Shown here: piece by piece, positions 1 to 9,649 of the stretch
Position numbering within the stretch: position 1 is the stretch's first letter
How the letters are laid out: the number at the start of each line of letters is the position of its first letter
Source of the DNA: a bacterium
Lineage (GTDB): Bacteria > UBP18 > UBA7526
Length of the DNA stretch: 49,434 nt
Direction: 5' to 3'
Assembly (NCBI GenBank): GCA_030615855.1
Contig: JAUWYL010000001.1
Span: 203,008-252,441 of the forward strand
The notes under the pieces: generated by a model
Database searches by the model: none
The model's input: the letters and a program-made list of their open reading frames with translations, nothing else
Told to the model about the DNA's origin: nothing
Position numbers and translations under genes: made by a program

Positions 1-88
1 ATTAATATAGACGGTTAGACGGATAAGACGAGGAGAGACACATTCCGTATAGCGGGTTTAACGAAAAAGAGACTATTGGGAGATTATT

Positions 89-1798
89 ATGAGAATGTCT
101 AAGGGATTATTTCCTACATTGAAAGAAGCGCCGAAAGAGGCGAAGATCGTAAGCCATAAACTTATGATCCGGGCAGGGCTGATGAGAAAATTGGCCTCTG
201 GAATATATACCTATCTCCCTCTGGGCTATAGAGTGATAAGAAAGATAGAGAATATCATACGGGAAGAGATGAATAAGACGGGAGCCCAAGAGGTCCTTCT
301 TTCTGCATTGAGTCCTCAGGAATTATGGGAAGAGAGCGGGAGATGGGAAGTCTATGGTCCGGAACTGATGAGGATAAAGGATAGGCACAATAGACTCTTC
401 GGTTTGGGACCAACCCATGAAGAAGTAATTACTGATTTGGTGAGAAGGGAAGTGAAATCATATAAACAGCTTCCTTTAACCCTCTATCAGATTCAGACCA
501 AGTTTAGGGATGAGATAAGGCCTCGCTTCGGTATGATGAGGGCCCGAGAGTTCCATATGAAGGATGCCTATTCCTTTGATAAGGATGAGAAGGACCTGGG
601 GAAGAATTATAAGAGGATGTATGAGGCCTATCAGAATATCTTCGATCGGTGCGGACTGAGGTATAAGGCGGTGGAGGCAGATACCGGCCCTATCGGTGGA
701 GATATCTCCCATGAGTTCATGGTCTTAGCCAAAACGGGAGAGGACAGGATAGTCTACTGCAGGAAGTGTGGCTATGCGGCCAATGTGAATCGGGCGGAAT
801 ATGTGAAGCCCGGGGTTAAGGGCCAAGGGTCAAGGGTTAAGGAGAAGGGACTGAAGAAGGTGAAGACGCCGGGAATGAAGACAGTGGAAGAGGTGACTGG
901 ATTCTTGAAGTGCAAGCCAAAGGAACTGGTGAAGACCCTGATCTATAAAGTGGATGGCATACCAGTGGCCATTCTAATTAGAGGCGACCATGGGGTAAAC
1001 GAGAGAAGATTGGAGAAATTACTGAAAGCAAAGGAGATTTCCTTGGCAGATGAGAAGACCATTGAAAAAGTGACTGGTGCTCCTTTAGGATATAGCGGTC
1101 CAGTGAGATTAAAGATTAAGATCATCGCTGATTCTGATGTGGCAGCGATGAAGAATATGATTAGCGGGGCCAATAAGAAGGATTACCACTTGATCAACAT
1201 AAATATTGATAGGGACTTTAAGGCAGATAAGGTTCTGGATATAAGGAGTGTCATTCCTGGGGATCGCTGCCCAAAATGTAAGACAAAACTCACCTTTTCA
1301 CGGGGTATTGAGGTGGGTCATGTCTTCAAGTTAGGAACCAAATATTCCCAGGCTTTGAAGGCTACTTTCTCAGATGAGAAAGGAAAAGAGAGACCCCTGA
1401 TCATGGGCTGTTACGGCATCGGCTTGGATAGGATAATGGCTGCTTCAATAGAGCAGAATCACGATGGAAATGGAATCATCTGGCCATCTTCAATCGCTCC
1501 CTATCAGGTCCTAATCCTGGTTGTCAATAACCAAGATAAGAAACAAGTAAAGTTAGCAGAAGAAGTCTATAAGTCTTTAGAGAAAGAGGAAATAGAAGTC
1601 CTTTTAGATGACCGGGATCTGCGCGCCGGTGCCAAATTCAAGGACGCTGATTTAATGGGAATTCCTCTTAGAATCACCATCGGCAACAAGACGATAAAAG
1701 AAAATAGAATAGAGATAAAGATTCGTAAAACCAACAAGATCCACGAAATAAATAAAAAAGACCTCATTTCCAAAATCAGGTCTTTACTTGAGATGTAA
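89..1798 (+). CDS. proS: Proline--tRNA ligase (bacterial type with INS editing domain)
   Basis: GPTHEE, QIQTKFRDEIRPRFG, MKDAYSF, GIEVGHVFKLG, MGCYGIG motifs; C-terminal anticodon-binding domain. Confidence 0.98.
   Translation: MRMSKGLFPTLKEAPKEAKIVSHKLMIRAGLMRKLASGIYTYLPLGYRVIRKIENIIREEMNKTGAQEVLLSALSPQELWEESGRWEVYGPELMRIKDRHNRLFGLGPTHEEVITDLVRREVKSYKQLPLTLYQIQTKFRDEIRPRFGMMRAREFHMKDAYSFDKDEKDLGKNYKRMYEAYQNIFDRCGLRYKAVEADTGPIGGDISHEFMVLAKTGEDRIVYCRKCGYAANVNRAEYVKPGVKGQGSRVKEKGLKKVKTPGMKTVEEVTGFLKCKPKELVKTLIYKVDGIPVAILIRGDHGVNERRLEKLLKAKEISLADEKTIEKVTGAPLGYSGPVRLKIKIIADSDVAAMKNMISGANKKDYHLININIDRDFKADKVLDIRSVIPGDRCPKCKTKLTFSRGIEVGHVFKLGTKYSQALKATFSDEKGKERPLIMGCYGIGLDRIMAASIEQNHDGNGIIWPSSIAPYQVLILVVNNQDKKQVKLAEEVYKSLEKEEIEVLLDDRDLRAGAKFKDADLMGIPLRITIGNKTIKENRIEIKIRKTNKIHEINKKDLISKIRSLLEM
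812..839 (+). repeat. Four degenerate heptamers (RGGGYYA) inside proS
   Basis: ggggtta agggcca agggtca agggtta, encoding GVKGQGSRV in the linker before the editing domain. Confidence 0.6.
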
Positions 1799-1806
1799 AA
1801 TTTTTC

Positions 1807-1835
1807 TTGCATTTTGGATATACTTGTGCTATAGT
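1807..1835 (+). promoter_or_regulatory. Sigma70-type promoter of the rimP-nusA-infB operon
   Basis: TTGCAT (1807-1812), 17 bp spacer, TG-n-TATAGT (1827-1835). Confidence 0.7.
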
Positions 1836-1860
1836 ACTGTAACCTTAGGATTTGCTTCTT

Positions 1861-1890
1861 AGGAGTGGGCTTAACCCACTCCTTTCTTTT
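1861..1890 (+). terminator. rimP leader hairpin / attenuator
   Basis: aggagtggg-cttaa-cccactcct followed by ttctttt, between promoter and rimP; matches the GGG...CCC terminator-like rimP leader. Confidence 0.75.
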
Positions 1891-1914
1891 AAAACGCGAA
1901 TCAGAAAACAGTGA

Positions 1915-2052
1915 TTTACGGTTGACCGACCCCGATGCTATCGGGGTGCTCGCGGTTAACGGTAAACAGTCCCGACAGTTGTCGGGACGGGCAAATTGAA
2001 TAGTAGCTATTCACCGGCGGGGCAAGTAAAACGCGCCGCCCAACGGTAAACG
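1915..2052. repeat. 138-bp multi-hairpin repeat, family A, copy 1
   Basis: Aligns ungapped with 7643-7780 (8 differences); imperfect terminal IR tttacggttg/caacggtaaa; internal hairpins. Confidence 0.92.
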
Positions 2053-2061
2053 GGGGTCAAG

Positions 2062-2520
2062 ATGGGAAAAGTGAGAGAGGAAGTGGAGAGGCTGGTTCTC
2101 CCTATTCTAGAAGAAGAGGGGATGGAGTTGGTAGATATTGAGTATAAGAAAGAAAGGGGCAGAGGTATATTACGCCTTTATATCGATAAACCGGGTGGAG
2201 TGAAGATAGATGACTGCCAAGGGGTGAGCCAGAGGATAGATCCTATATTGGAGAGGTGTAATATCATAAGGGGTCATTATCTCTTAGAGGTCTCCTCTCC
2301 TGGCCTGGATAGACCATTGAAGAAGGAAGAGGACTTTAAAAGATTTATAGGAAGACTGATTAAAATAAAGACCTTCTCACCTATTGATAATCAGAAGACG
2401 TTTGTGGGAACCCTGAAGGATTATAAGGAGGAAATAGTTATCCTAGAGACAAGGGAAGGAAAGATTATAGAGATTCCGATGAAGAATATAGCAAAGGCAA
2501 ACTTAGAGATCGAATTCTAA
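2062..2520 (+). CDS. rimP: Ribosome maturation factor RimP
   Basis: LRLYIDK, IDDC, YLLEVSSPGLDRPL motifs; upstream of nusA. Confidence 0.97.
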   Translation: MGKVREEVERLVLPILEEEGMELVDIEYKKERGRGILRLYIDKPGGVKIDDCQGVSQRIDPILERCNIIRGHYLLEVSSPGLDRPLKKEEDFKRFIGRLIKIKTFSPIDNQKTFVGTLKDYKEEIVILETREGKIIEIPMKNIAKANLEIEF

Positions 2521-2537
2521 AGGGGGAATAAGAGAAA

Positions 2538-3791
2538 ATGAGTGTTGAGTTGAAGGGATTAATGGAGGAGATAAGGAAGGAGAAGGAGATTGAGCTGGGG
2601 GTCATTGTTGAGGCCCTACGCTCCGCTCTCCTTTCTGCCTATAAGAAGCACTTCGGTTCCAGTGAGAATGTAACCATCGATATTAGTCCCGATACCGGAA
2701 GACTGAAGGTACTGGCCAAAAAAAGAGTGGTTAAGGAGATAGAGGACCCCAGGATAGAGATAGGGAAGGAAGAGGCCAAGAGAATAAAGAAGAGGGTGAG
2801 GTTAAATCAGGAGATAGAAGTTGAGATCACCCCCAAGGAGTTCGGCAGGATTGCCGTCCAGACGGCAAAGCAGGTAGTTACTCAGAGAATAAGAGAGGCA
2901 GAGAGGGAGAAGATATACCAGGAGTTTAAAGAGAGGGAGGGGGATATTATTACGGGAATCGTCCAGCGCAGTGAACATAGAACAGTAATCGTGACCCTGG
3001 GAAAGATAGAGGCCATCCTACCCGTAAGGGAGCAGACCTGGGGTGAGGATTATAGATACGGGGATAGGATAAAGACCTATATCCTGAATGTAAAGAGAAC
3101 CCCAAGGGGACCCCAGATCATACTCTCCCGTACCCATCCGGGACTGGTGAGAAGATTATTTGAGTTAGAGATTCCGGAAGTATATGAGAAGATTGTTGAG
3201 ATGAAGAATATCGCTCGGGAAGCAGGAGGAAGGACGAAGATCGCCGTCTTCTCAAAGGATGCCAATGTTGATGCCGTGGGTTCCTGTGTGGGAACCAGGG
3301 GAGCAAGGGTGAACTCCATCATCCAGGAACTAAGAGGAGAGAAGATCGATATCATTCCCTATAGTGAGGATGCGGTTACCTTTGTCTCAAGCGCTTTAAA
3401 GCCCGCCCAGGTGCAGGAAGTCATTGTCCATAAAGAAGAAGGGGAGATGGAGGTCATCGTTCTCAAGGATAAGCTCTCTCTGGCTATTGGTAAGAAAGGG
3501 CAGAACGTTAGGTTGGCAGCGAAGCTGACTGGATGGAAGATAGATCTCAAGAGTCCGGAAGAGAAGGCCTTGGAAGAGAAAGCAAAGATAAAGTTGACTG
3601 AACTACCAGGCGTGGGCAAAAAGAGCGCCCAGGCTTTAGAAAAGGCAGGACTTAGGAACGTAGTCGATATTGCCCAAAGTAAAATAGAAGATTTGACAAA
3701 GGTCAAAGGGATCGGAAAGAAGAGCGCTGAGAAAATTCTGAAAGCAGCCAAGGAGTTGATAGGAGAAGCAAAAGAGAAAGTGGGAAAGTAA
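2538..3791 (+). CDS. nusA: Transcription termination/antitermination factor NusA
   Basis: FGRIAVQTAKQV, S1 and KH domains (AIGKKGQNVRLAAKLTGWKIDL), C-terminal HhH repeats. Confidence 0.98.
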   Translation: MSVELKGLMEEIRKEKEIELGVIVEALRSALLSAYKKHFGSSENVTIDISPDTGRLKVLAKKRVVKEIEDPRIEIGKEEAKRIKKRVRLNQEIEVEITPKEFGRIAVQTAKQVVTQRIREAEREKIYQEFKEREGDIITGIVQRSEHRTVIVTLGKIEAILPVREQTWGEDYRYGDRIKTYILNVKRTPRGPQIILSRTHPGLVRRLFELEIPEVYEKIVEMKNIAREAGGRTKIAVFSKDANVDAVGSCVGTRGARVNSIIQELRGEKIDIIPYSEDAVTFVSSALKPAQVQEVIVHKEEGEMEVIVLKDKLSLAIGKKGQNVRLAAKLTGWKIDLKSPEEKALEEKAKIKLTELPGVGKKSAQALEKAGLRNVVDIAQSKIEDLTKVKGIGKKSAEKILKAAKELIGEAKEKVGK

Positions 3792-3808
3792 TCAGGCAAA
3801 ATAGGTGA

Positions 3809-3861
3809 ATTAGTTGGACTAGTTGGATTGATAATCCACCTAATATACTAATCCAACTAAT
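3809..3861. repeat. Degenerate 9-mer palindromic intergenic element
   Basis: attagttgg actagttgg attg ... ccacctaat atactaat ccaactaat; attagttgga/tccaactaat is a perfect IR. Confidence 0.65.
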
Positions 3862-3919
3862 CGCTACTTGTGCATTGTTACTTGTAACTTCCCCCGAAGG
3901 GGGGTGAGGGAGGAATATT

Positions 3920-5893
3920 ATGGTTGAGAGAATGAAGGTATATGAACTGGCTAGGGAGTTAGGAATGACCAGTAAGGAACTTTTGGCCCAATTGAAGGAT
4001 TTGGGGATTGAAGTAAAGAGCCATATGAGCGTTCTCATTAAAGAAGAAATAGAGAAGGTCATTGCTAAGATAGAAGAGAAGGAGAAGCCTGCCCCAGAAG
4101 TAGCGGAGAAGGTGGAGGAGATTATTGAGAAGCCACCAATAGAGGAGAAACCAAAAGAGGTGATCAAGATCGAGGAGACGATTACGGTTGGGGAATTAGC
4201 CCAAAAGATGAAAATAAAGGTAAATGAACTGATAAAGAAGTTAATGGGCATCGGAGTTATGGCGACCATCAATCAATCCTTAGATGTTGCTACTGCCAAT
4301 AAGGTGGCCTTTGAGTATGGATTCGTTGTTGAGGTCTTACCGGTAGCAAGGAAGAAAGTCATCCCCAAAGAGATAGAGAAAGGGAAGAGATTAGCTCCTC
4401 GACCACCAGTGGTCACCATTATGGGCCATGTGGACCATGGAAAGACCCTTCTTCTGGATGCTATAAGAGAGAGTGATATCATTGCTCAGGAAGCGGGAGG
4501 GATTACCCAGCACATCGGAGCCTATGAAGTAGAATTGGAAAAGGGTAAAATAACCTTTTTAGATACCCCAGGCCACGAGGCCTTCACTGCCATGCGGGCC
4601 AGGGGGGCACAGGTGACGGATATCGTTGTTCTTGTGGTGGCGGCAGATGATGGGATCATGCCCCAAACCATAGAGGCCATCGACCATGCCCGGGCAGCAA
4701 AGGTACCCATGGTAGTTGCCATAAATAAGTGCGACCTCCCCAATGCTGATCCGGAAAGAGTGAAGAGGCAACTGAGGGATTATAATCTGACGCCTGAAGA
4801 GTGGGGAGGAAAGACCATTATGGCCAAGGTCTCTGCTAAGGAGAAGAAGGGTATTAATGAATTATTGGAGATGCTCTTATTGGAGGCGGAGATGCTGGAA
4901 TTGACGGCCGATCCCACCCTTCCCGCAAAAGGGACGGTCATTGAAGCCCGGCTGGATAAAGGAAAGGGGCCGGTGGCCACGGTTTTAGTCCAGAGCGGAA
5001 CCCTGAGGGTGGGGGATGTCCTTATGGTCGGAGACTATTCGGGAAAGGTGAGAACATTAGCTGACGATCTCGGGAAGGAAGTGGAAGAGGCTGGACCTTC
5101 TATACCAGTTGAGGTCTCTGGTCTTTCTGAAGTTCCCCAGGCAGGGGATACCTTTGAGGTGGTGGAGGATGAAACTAAGGCACGCCAGATGGCAGAAAAA
5201 AGGCAGGAGAAGGCAAAGGCCCTTGAATTAACCAAACCAGCCCACATCAGCCTGGAGGGTCTTTATAGACAGATAGAGGAAGGAAGGCTGAAGGAACTTT
5301 CCCTTATTATCAAAGGGGATGTCCAGGGCTCGATTGAAGCCTTGAGCGACTCCCTGGAGTCTTTATCGAGTGAAGAGGTGCGGGTGAATGTCATCCATAA
5401 AGGGGTGGGGGCAATCAATGAATCGGATGTTATCTTAGCCTCTGCCTCGGATGCCATAATCATCGGTTTCCATGTCTCTAGTGAGCCCGGTGCCCAGGGC
5501 CTGGCTTCAGGGGAGAATGTCGACATCCGAACCTATGATGTCATCTATGAGACAATAGAGGATGTCAAGAAAGCCATGAAGGGAATGCTCGCTCCCAAGT
5601 TAAAAGAGGTAATCTTGGGAAGGGCAGAGGTACGCCAGATATTCAAAATCCCCAAAGGAATGATTGCCGGCTCCTATGTAAAGGAAGGGAACATAATAAG
5701 GAACGCCAAGGTGAGGCTATTAAGGGAAGGGAAAGTAATCTATGAAGGAAGTATTAATTCCCTTAAGCGCTTCAAGGAGGACGCCAAGGAGGTAAAGGAA
5801 GGATTTGAGTGTGGCATCGGCCTGGGAGACTTCACTGAGCTAAAGGAAGGAGACATCATAGAGGCCTACAAGATGGAAGAGGAGAAGAGATGA
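3920..5893 (+). CDS. infB: Translation initiation factor IF-2
   Basis: [20 protein letters not shown] GTPase motifs; [18 protein letters not shown]. Confidence 0.99.
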   Translation: MVERMKVYELARELGMTSKELLAQLKDLGIEVKSHMSVLIKEEIEKVIAKIEEKEKPAPEVAEKVEEIIEKPPIEEKPKEVIKIEETITVGELAQKMKIKVNELIKKLMGIGVMATINQSLDVATANKVAFEYGFVVEVLPVARKKVIPKEIEKGKRLAPRPPVVTIMGHVDHGKTLLLDAIRESDIIAQEAGGITQHIGAYEVELEKGKITFLDTPGHEAFTAMRARGAQVTDIVVLVVAADDGIMPQTIEAIDHARAAKVPMVVAINKCDLPNADPERVKRQLRDYNLTPEEWGGKTIMAKVSAKEKKGINELLEMLLLEAEMLELTADPTLPAKGTVIEARLDKGKGPVATVLVQSGTLRVGDVLMVGDYSGKVRTLADDLGKEVEEAGPSIPVEVSGLSEVPQAGDTFEVVEDETKARQMAEKRQEKAKALELTKPAHISLEGLYRQIEEGRLKELSLIIKGDVQGSIEALSDSLESLSSEEVRVNVIHKGVGAINESDVILASASDAIIIGFHVSSEPGAQGLASGENVDIRTYDVIYETIEDVKKAMKGMLAPKLKEVILGRAEVRQIFKIPKGMIAGSYVKEGNIIRNAKVRLLREGKVIYEGSINSLKRFKEDAKEVKEGFECGIGLGDFTELKEGDIIEAYKMEEEKR

Positions 5894-6171
5894 TTATTGG
5901 GAGTGCATGGATTGAGTTGCATATCCCGGGAGTGAATTCCCTGAAAGGTAAGAGACAGATCATCAAGAGTATAAAGGAGAGAGTAAAGAATAGATTTAAC
6001 GTCTCCATTGCTGAGGTGGAAAAACAGGATCTCTGGCAGAGAGCCACTCTGGGCTTGGCCTGTGTGACAAATAATAAGGCCCAAGCAAATCGCACCCTCT
6101 CTAAAGTAATCCATTTTATAGAGCAGAATAGAAATATCTCCCTTACAGATTATGAGATAGAAATTATCTAA
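5890..6171 (+). CDS. DUF503 (YlxP-like) protein
   Basis: SLKGKRQIIKS...RFNVSIAEV...DLWQRA motif; usual position between infB and rbfA. Confidence 0.9.
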   Translation: MIIGSAWIELHIPGVNSLKGKRQIIKSIKERVKNRFNVSIAEVEKQDLWQRATLGLACVTNNKAQANRTLSKVIHFIEQNRNISLTDYEIEII

Positions 6172-6172
6172 A

Positions 6173-6207
6173 GTGAACCGTGATCCGTGAACAGTGAACG
6201 GTAAAAA
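6173..6207 (+). repeat. GTGAWCN heptamer tract
   Basis: gtgaacc gtgatcc gtgaaca gtgaacg gtaaaaa; same unit at 34459 and 46484. Confidence 0.75.
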
Positions 6208-6218
6208 TGGGGTGAGAA

Positions 6219-6566
6219 ATGACGCGGAGGAGAGCTCAGCGGGCAGGAAGACTTATTCAGGAAGAGATTTCAAAGATCATTCAGAGGGAATTAAAGGATC
6301 CACGGATTGGATTTGTTACTATTACTGGTGTAGATGTTACTGATGATCTCCGCTATGCCAAGGTATTCATCACTGTTTTAAAAAGAGAGGAAAGGGAGAG
6401 GACTCTGGAAGGCCTGGAGCATGCCAAGGGATTTATTCGTAGGGAGATCGGACAGAGAATAAAAATGAAGTTCACTCCAGAGATTGAGTTTAGATTCGAT
6501 GAAACTATAGAGCGTGGAGCACACATAGAGGAAGTAATAAGAAAGATTAAGGAGAAGGAGAAGTGA
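6219..6566 (+). CDS. rbfA: Ribosome-binding factor A
   Basis: KDPRIGFVTITGVDVTDDLRYAKVF, TPEIEFRFD. Confidence 0.97.
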   Translation: MTRRRAQRAGRLIQEEISKIIQRELKDPRIGFVTITGVDVTDDLRYAKVFITVLKREERERTLEGLEHAKGFIRREIGQRIKMKFTPEIEFRFDETIERGAHIEEVIRKIKEKEK

Positions 6567-6567
6567 A

Positions 6568-6676
6568 TCCCGTTAGATGCTGGTCTTTTAATGAAGTGGA
6601 AATAAATGATACATTTAGGATCGCTATTAAAGATATTAGAAAAAGCTATATAACAATATTTGGGAGTCTAACGGGA
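6568..6676. mobile_element. Miniature TIR element (MITE-like), copy 1
   Basis: tcccgttaga ... tctaacggga perfect 10-bp IR, flanked by TGAA direct repeats at 6564-6567 and 6677-6680. Confidence 0.8.
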
Positions 6677-7653
6677 TGAAGGAACTAAAAAAGATTGTCG
6701 AGGTTATCAGAGAGAATAAAAGTTTCTTTATTACTTCTCACATCAGGCCAGATGGGGATTCCATCGGCTCTCAACTTGCCCTGAAGAGGATACTGGAAAG
6801 GTTAGGAAAGGAAGTAATCATCACCAATCATGATCCGGCCCCTAAAATCTACGATTTTCTTCCCGGAAAAGAGAGCATCAAGCAAGAACTACCTAAGAAT
6901 AGAGAGTTCGATGTGGCCTTTATTCTGGATAGCCCAGAGCTCTCTCGTCTGGTGAGCACCGCAGAGATAATCGAGAAAGCAAAGGTCATCGTAAATATCG
7001 ATCACCATCTGGGGAATGAAAAGTTTGGAAAGTATAACTATGTTGATACTGAGGCTTCTGCCGTGGGAGAAGAGATATATGAACTGACAAGAGTAATGGG
7101 GTTTGAGATAGATAGGGAGATTGCCTTATGCCTCTATGTGGGCATCTTTACAGATACCGGTTCCTTCCGGCAGTCAAATACTACCCCTCGTACCCATGAG
7201 ATCGTGGCCCACCTCATGAAGATAGGAGATTTAAAGCCTGCCCAGATCACCCATCAGATATACGGGACCCAGCTTCCTTCTGCCATAAAGTTATTGAGCA
7301 TGACTTTGGATACCTTGGAGAGGAGCGGAGACGGCAGGATAGCTTGGATGACCATTACCGACGAGATGTTCAAAGAGACCGGAACCACCAAGGCGGAGAC
7401 CGAGAACTTCATCAACTATGTTCGTTCTGTGAAAGGAAGCGAGGTGGCCATTCTATTCACTGAGCTTGCTAAGGATGAGGTAAAGGTCAGTTTCCGCTCC
7501 AAGTCTAGTGCCGACGTTAATAGTATAGCCAAAATATTTGGAGGTGGAGGACATCTTCGCGCTTCTGCCTGCACTATAAAGGGAGATTTGGAGGAGGCAA
7601 AGAGGAAGGTGCTGGTTGAGGTAGAGAAGAGACTAAAGAAGGTTTACGGTTGA
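6676..7653 (+). CDS. nrnA: DHH/DHHA1 bifunctional oligoribonuclease / PAP phosphatase
   Basis: HIRPDGDSIGS, IDHH, TDTGSF, GGGGH motifs; typical rbfA-nrnA-truB context. Confidence 0.93.
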   Translation: MKELKKIVEVIRENKSFFITSHIRPDGDSIGSQLALKRILERLGKEVIITNHDPAPKIYDFLPGKESIKQELPKNREFDVAFILDSPELSRLVSTAEIIEKAKVIVNIDHHLGNEKFGKYNYVDTEASAVGEEIYELTRVMGFEIDREIALCLYVGIFTDTGSFRQSNTTPRTHEIVAHLMKIGDLKPAQITHQIYGTQLPSAIKLLSMTLDTLERSGDGRIAWMTITDEMFKETGTTKAETENFINYVRSVKGSEVAILFTELAKDEVKVSFRSKSSADVNSIAKIFGGGGHLRASACTIKGDLEEAKRKVLVEVEKRLKKVYG

Positions 7654-7780
7654 CCGACCCCGATGCTATTGGGGTGCCCGCGGTTGACGGTAAACAGCCC
7701 CGACAGCTGTCGGGACGGGCAAATCGAATAGTAGCTATTCACCAGCGGGGCAAGTAAAACGCGCCGCTCAACGGTAAACG
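7643..7780. repeat. 138-bp multi-hairpin repeat, family A, copy 2 (supplies nrnA stop)
   Basis: Near-identical to 1915-2052; nrnA last codons and TGA (7651-7653) lie inside it. Confidence 0.92.
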
Positions 7781-7786
7781 ATAAGC

Positions 7787-8704
7787 ATGGATGGATTCTT
7801 AAATGTTAATAAGCCGAAGGGCATGACTTCTCACGACGTTGTGGATGAGATAAGGAAGTTGGTGGGAAGGGAGAAAGTGGGGCATGCGGGAACCCTGGAT
7901 CCCGAGGCCACTGGCGTTCTTCCCATCGCCATCGGTAAGGCAACCAAGGTAATCCAGTTTTTGGAAGAAGGAAAAGGATATCGGGCAACCATGAGATTAG
8001 GAATCACCACCGATACCCAGGATATAACAGGTAAGATAATTGCTAAAAGTGATGAGATTAATATCCCAGTAGAAAGGATAAGGGAAGTCTTCAAGAATTT
8101 TTTAGGAAAGATAGAGCAGATTCCACCTATGGTCTCGGCAGTGAAAGTAAGGGGGGAAAGGCTTTATAAGTTAGCCCGGGAAGGGAAGAGAGTGAAAAGG
8201 CCACAGAGAGAGGTTGAAATCTATAATCTCAATCTCTTAGAATACAAACTGCCAGATATCATCTTTAAAGTAAGTTGCTCAAAAGGAACCTACATTAGGA
8301 CCCTCTGTCATGATATGGGAAAAGCCCTGGGTTCTGGGGCCTGCCTGAAAGATCTAGTGCGTACTAAATCAGGTATCTTTACTTTGAAAAAAAGCTATAC
8401 CCTGGAAGAATTGAAGAAACTACCTAATTTAGAAAGATATCTAATGAGTATGGATAAAGCCTTGAGGCATCTGCCGATAGTGAAGGTTAAAGATAGGATA
8501 AGAGAATCTGTTCTCAATGGGGGACCGATAGGAACCTCGGGAATACTGGAATTTTCTTTACCTATCAAGGGAGAGGAATTGGTCAGGGTCCATAATTCAG
8601 AGAAGAGACTCTTAGCAGTCGCCAGAGCACTATTCGATATTGGAGATTTAAAAAGGATAGAGAAAGAGGTTGTGGTCTTCAAACCAGTGAGGGTTATTGG
8701 TTAA
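7787..8704 (+). CDS. truB: tRNA pseudouridine(55) synthase
   Basis: KPKGMTSHDVV, GHAGTLDPEATGVL, QIPPMVSAVK, CSKGTYIRTL. Confidence 0.98.
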   Translation: MDGFLNVNKPKGMTSHDVVDEIRKLVGREKVGHAGTLDPEATGVLPIAIGKATKVIQFLEEGKGYRATMRLGITTDTQDITGKIIAKSDEINIPVERIREVFKNFLGKIEQIPPMVSAVKVRGERLYKLAREGKRVKRPQREVEIYNLNLLEYKLPDIIFKVSCSKGTYIRTLCHDMGKALGSGACLKDLVRTKSGIFTLKKSYTLEELKKLPNLERYLMSMDKALRHLPIVKVKDRIRESVLNGGPIGTSGILEFSLPIKGEELVRVHNSEKRLLAVARALFDIGDLKRIEKEVVVFKPVRVIG

Positions 8705-8706
8705 GA

Positions 8707-9636
8707 ATGGAACTTGTTCTGGGAATTGATAAGATAAGGAAAAGGCATAAGAGAGGGATTCTTGCCCTGGGCACATTTGATGGCCTCCATCTCGGTCATC
8801 AGGGGGTGATCGAATCTCTAAAGAGACGAGCGAAAAGACTGAAGAAGAGATCCATTGTTTTGACCTTTGATATCCATCCCCTAAAAACGATTGATCCAGC
8901 AAAGTGCCCTCCCCTGCTTACCCCAAAGGAGGAGAAGATAAATCTAATTCAAGATCTGGGAATAGATACCCTTGTCCTAACTAATTTTGATAGGAAATTT
9001 GCTTCCCTCTCACCAGAGAAATTCATCAGAGATATTCTGGTCAGTAGATTGGGCGTAAGAGAGATATTCGTGGGAAAGGACTTCACCTTTGGAAGAGGAG
9101 CAACTGGCGATATAACGTTCTTGAGAAGTAAAGCAAAAGAGTATGGCTTCAAGGTCAGGGTCATTCCTCCGGTAAAAATAGGCAAGAAGGTAATAAGTAG
9201 CACAGCAATAAGGGAACTTATTAGAAGAGGGGCGGTTAAGAAAGCGGCAAAACTTCTGGGCCGCCCCTATGCCCTCTATGGCCGAGTAATCCATGGGGAA
9301 TCCCGGGGAAAAGAATTGGGCTATCCTACAGCCAATATAAGGCCTCACTATGAGATGATTCCCTCTGATGGAGTCTATCTAGGGAGGATAAAAGTGAGGG
9401 GAAGGGATCGGGATGGGCTTCTAAATATCGGAACCCAGCCTACCTTCCATAAGCGAGGGGCAAGAATTATTGAGACCTATATCTTTAACTTTAATGGAAG
9501 GATCTATGGCCGGGATATAAAGGTCAGTTTTCTGCAGCGGATACGAGATGAAATCGCCTTTAAAAGCCCAGAAGCCCTCAGAGCCCAGATAAGGAAGGAT
9601 ATTATCAAGGCAAGAAAAATTTTGCATCTCATTTGA
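8707..9636 (+). CDS. ribF: Bifunctional riboflavin kinase / FAD synthetase
   Basis: GTFDGLHLGH, ISSTAIR, GYPTAN, NIGTQPTF motifs. Confidence 0.97.
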   Translation: MELVLGIDKIRKRHKRGILALGTFDGLHLGHQGVIESLKRRAKRLKKRSIVLTFDIHPLKTIDPAKCPPLLTPKEEKINLIQDLGIDTLVLTNFDRKFASLSPEKFIRDILVSRLGVREIFVGKDFTFGRGATGDITFLRSKAKEYGFKVRVIPPVKIGKKVISSTAIRELIRRGAVKKAAKLLGRPYALYGRVIHGESRGKELGYPTANIRPHYEMIPSDGVYLGRIKVRGRDRDGLLNIGTQPTFHKRGARIIETYIFNFNGRIYGRDIKVSFLQRIRDEIAFKSPEALRAQIRKDIIKARKILHLI

Positions 9637-9649
9637 TATGTGTTATAAT
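9622..9649 (+). promoter_or_regulatory. Putative sigma70 promoter for rpsO-pnp
   Basis: TTGCAT (9622-9627), 16 bp, TG-t-TATAAT (9641-9649). Confidence 0.6.

Noticed and set aside
8-40. AGACGG-like octamer tract upstream of proS
   Set aside because: Short and possibly cut by the window edge; cannot establish boundaries or a partner arm.
1915-2052. tRNA, riboswitch or self-cleaving ribozyme identity for family A repeat
   Set aside because: No T-loop/anticodon arm geometry, no hammerhead CUGANGA/GAAA core and no riboswitch consensus that I recognise; an Rfam search is needed to exclude formally.
2538-3791. Long NusA with C-terminal HhH region as a novel fusion
   Set aside because: C-terminal HhH/AR-like extensions on NusA are common.
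3077-6114. Many minus-strand ORFs opposite nusA/infB, and similar ones throughout the window
   Set aside because: Antisense shadows of strongly conserved + strand genes, with no motifs or RBS.
6568-6676. Integron attC site (GTTAGAT / GTCTAAC cores)
   Set aside because: Core order is the reverse of attC (GTT box first, AAC box last), the interior is not self-complementary, and no integrase or cassette array is present.
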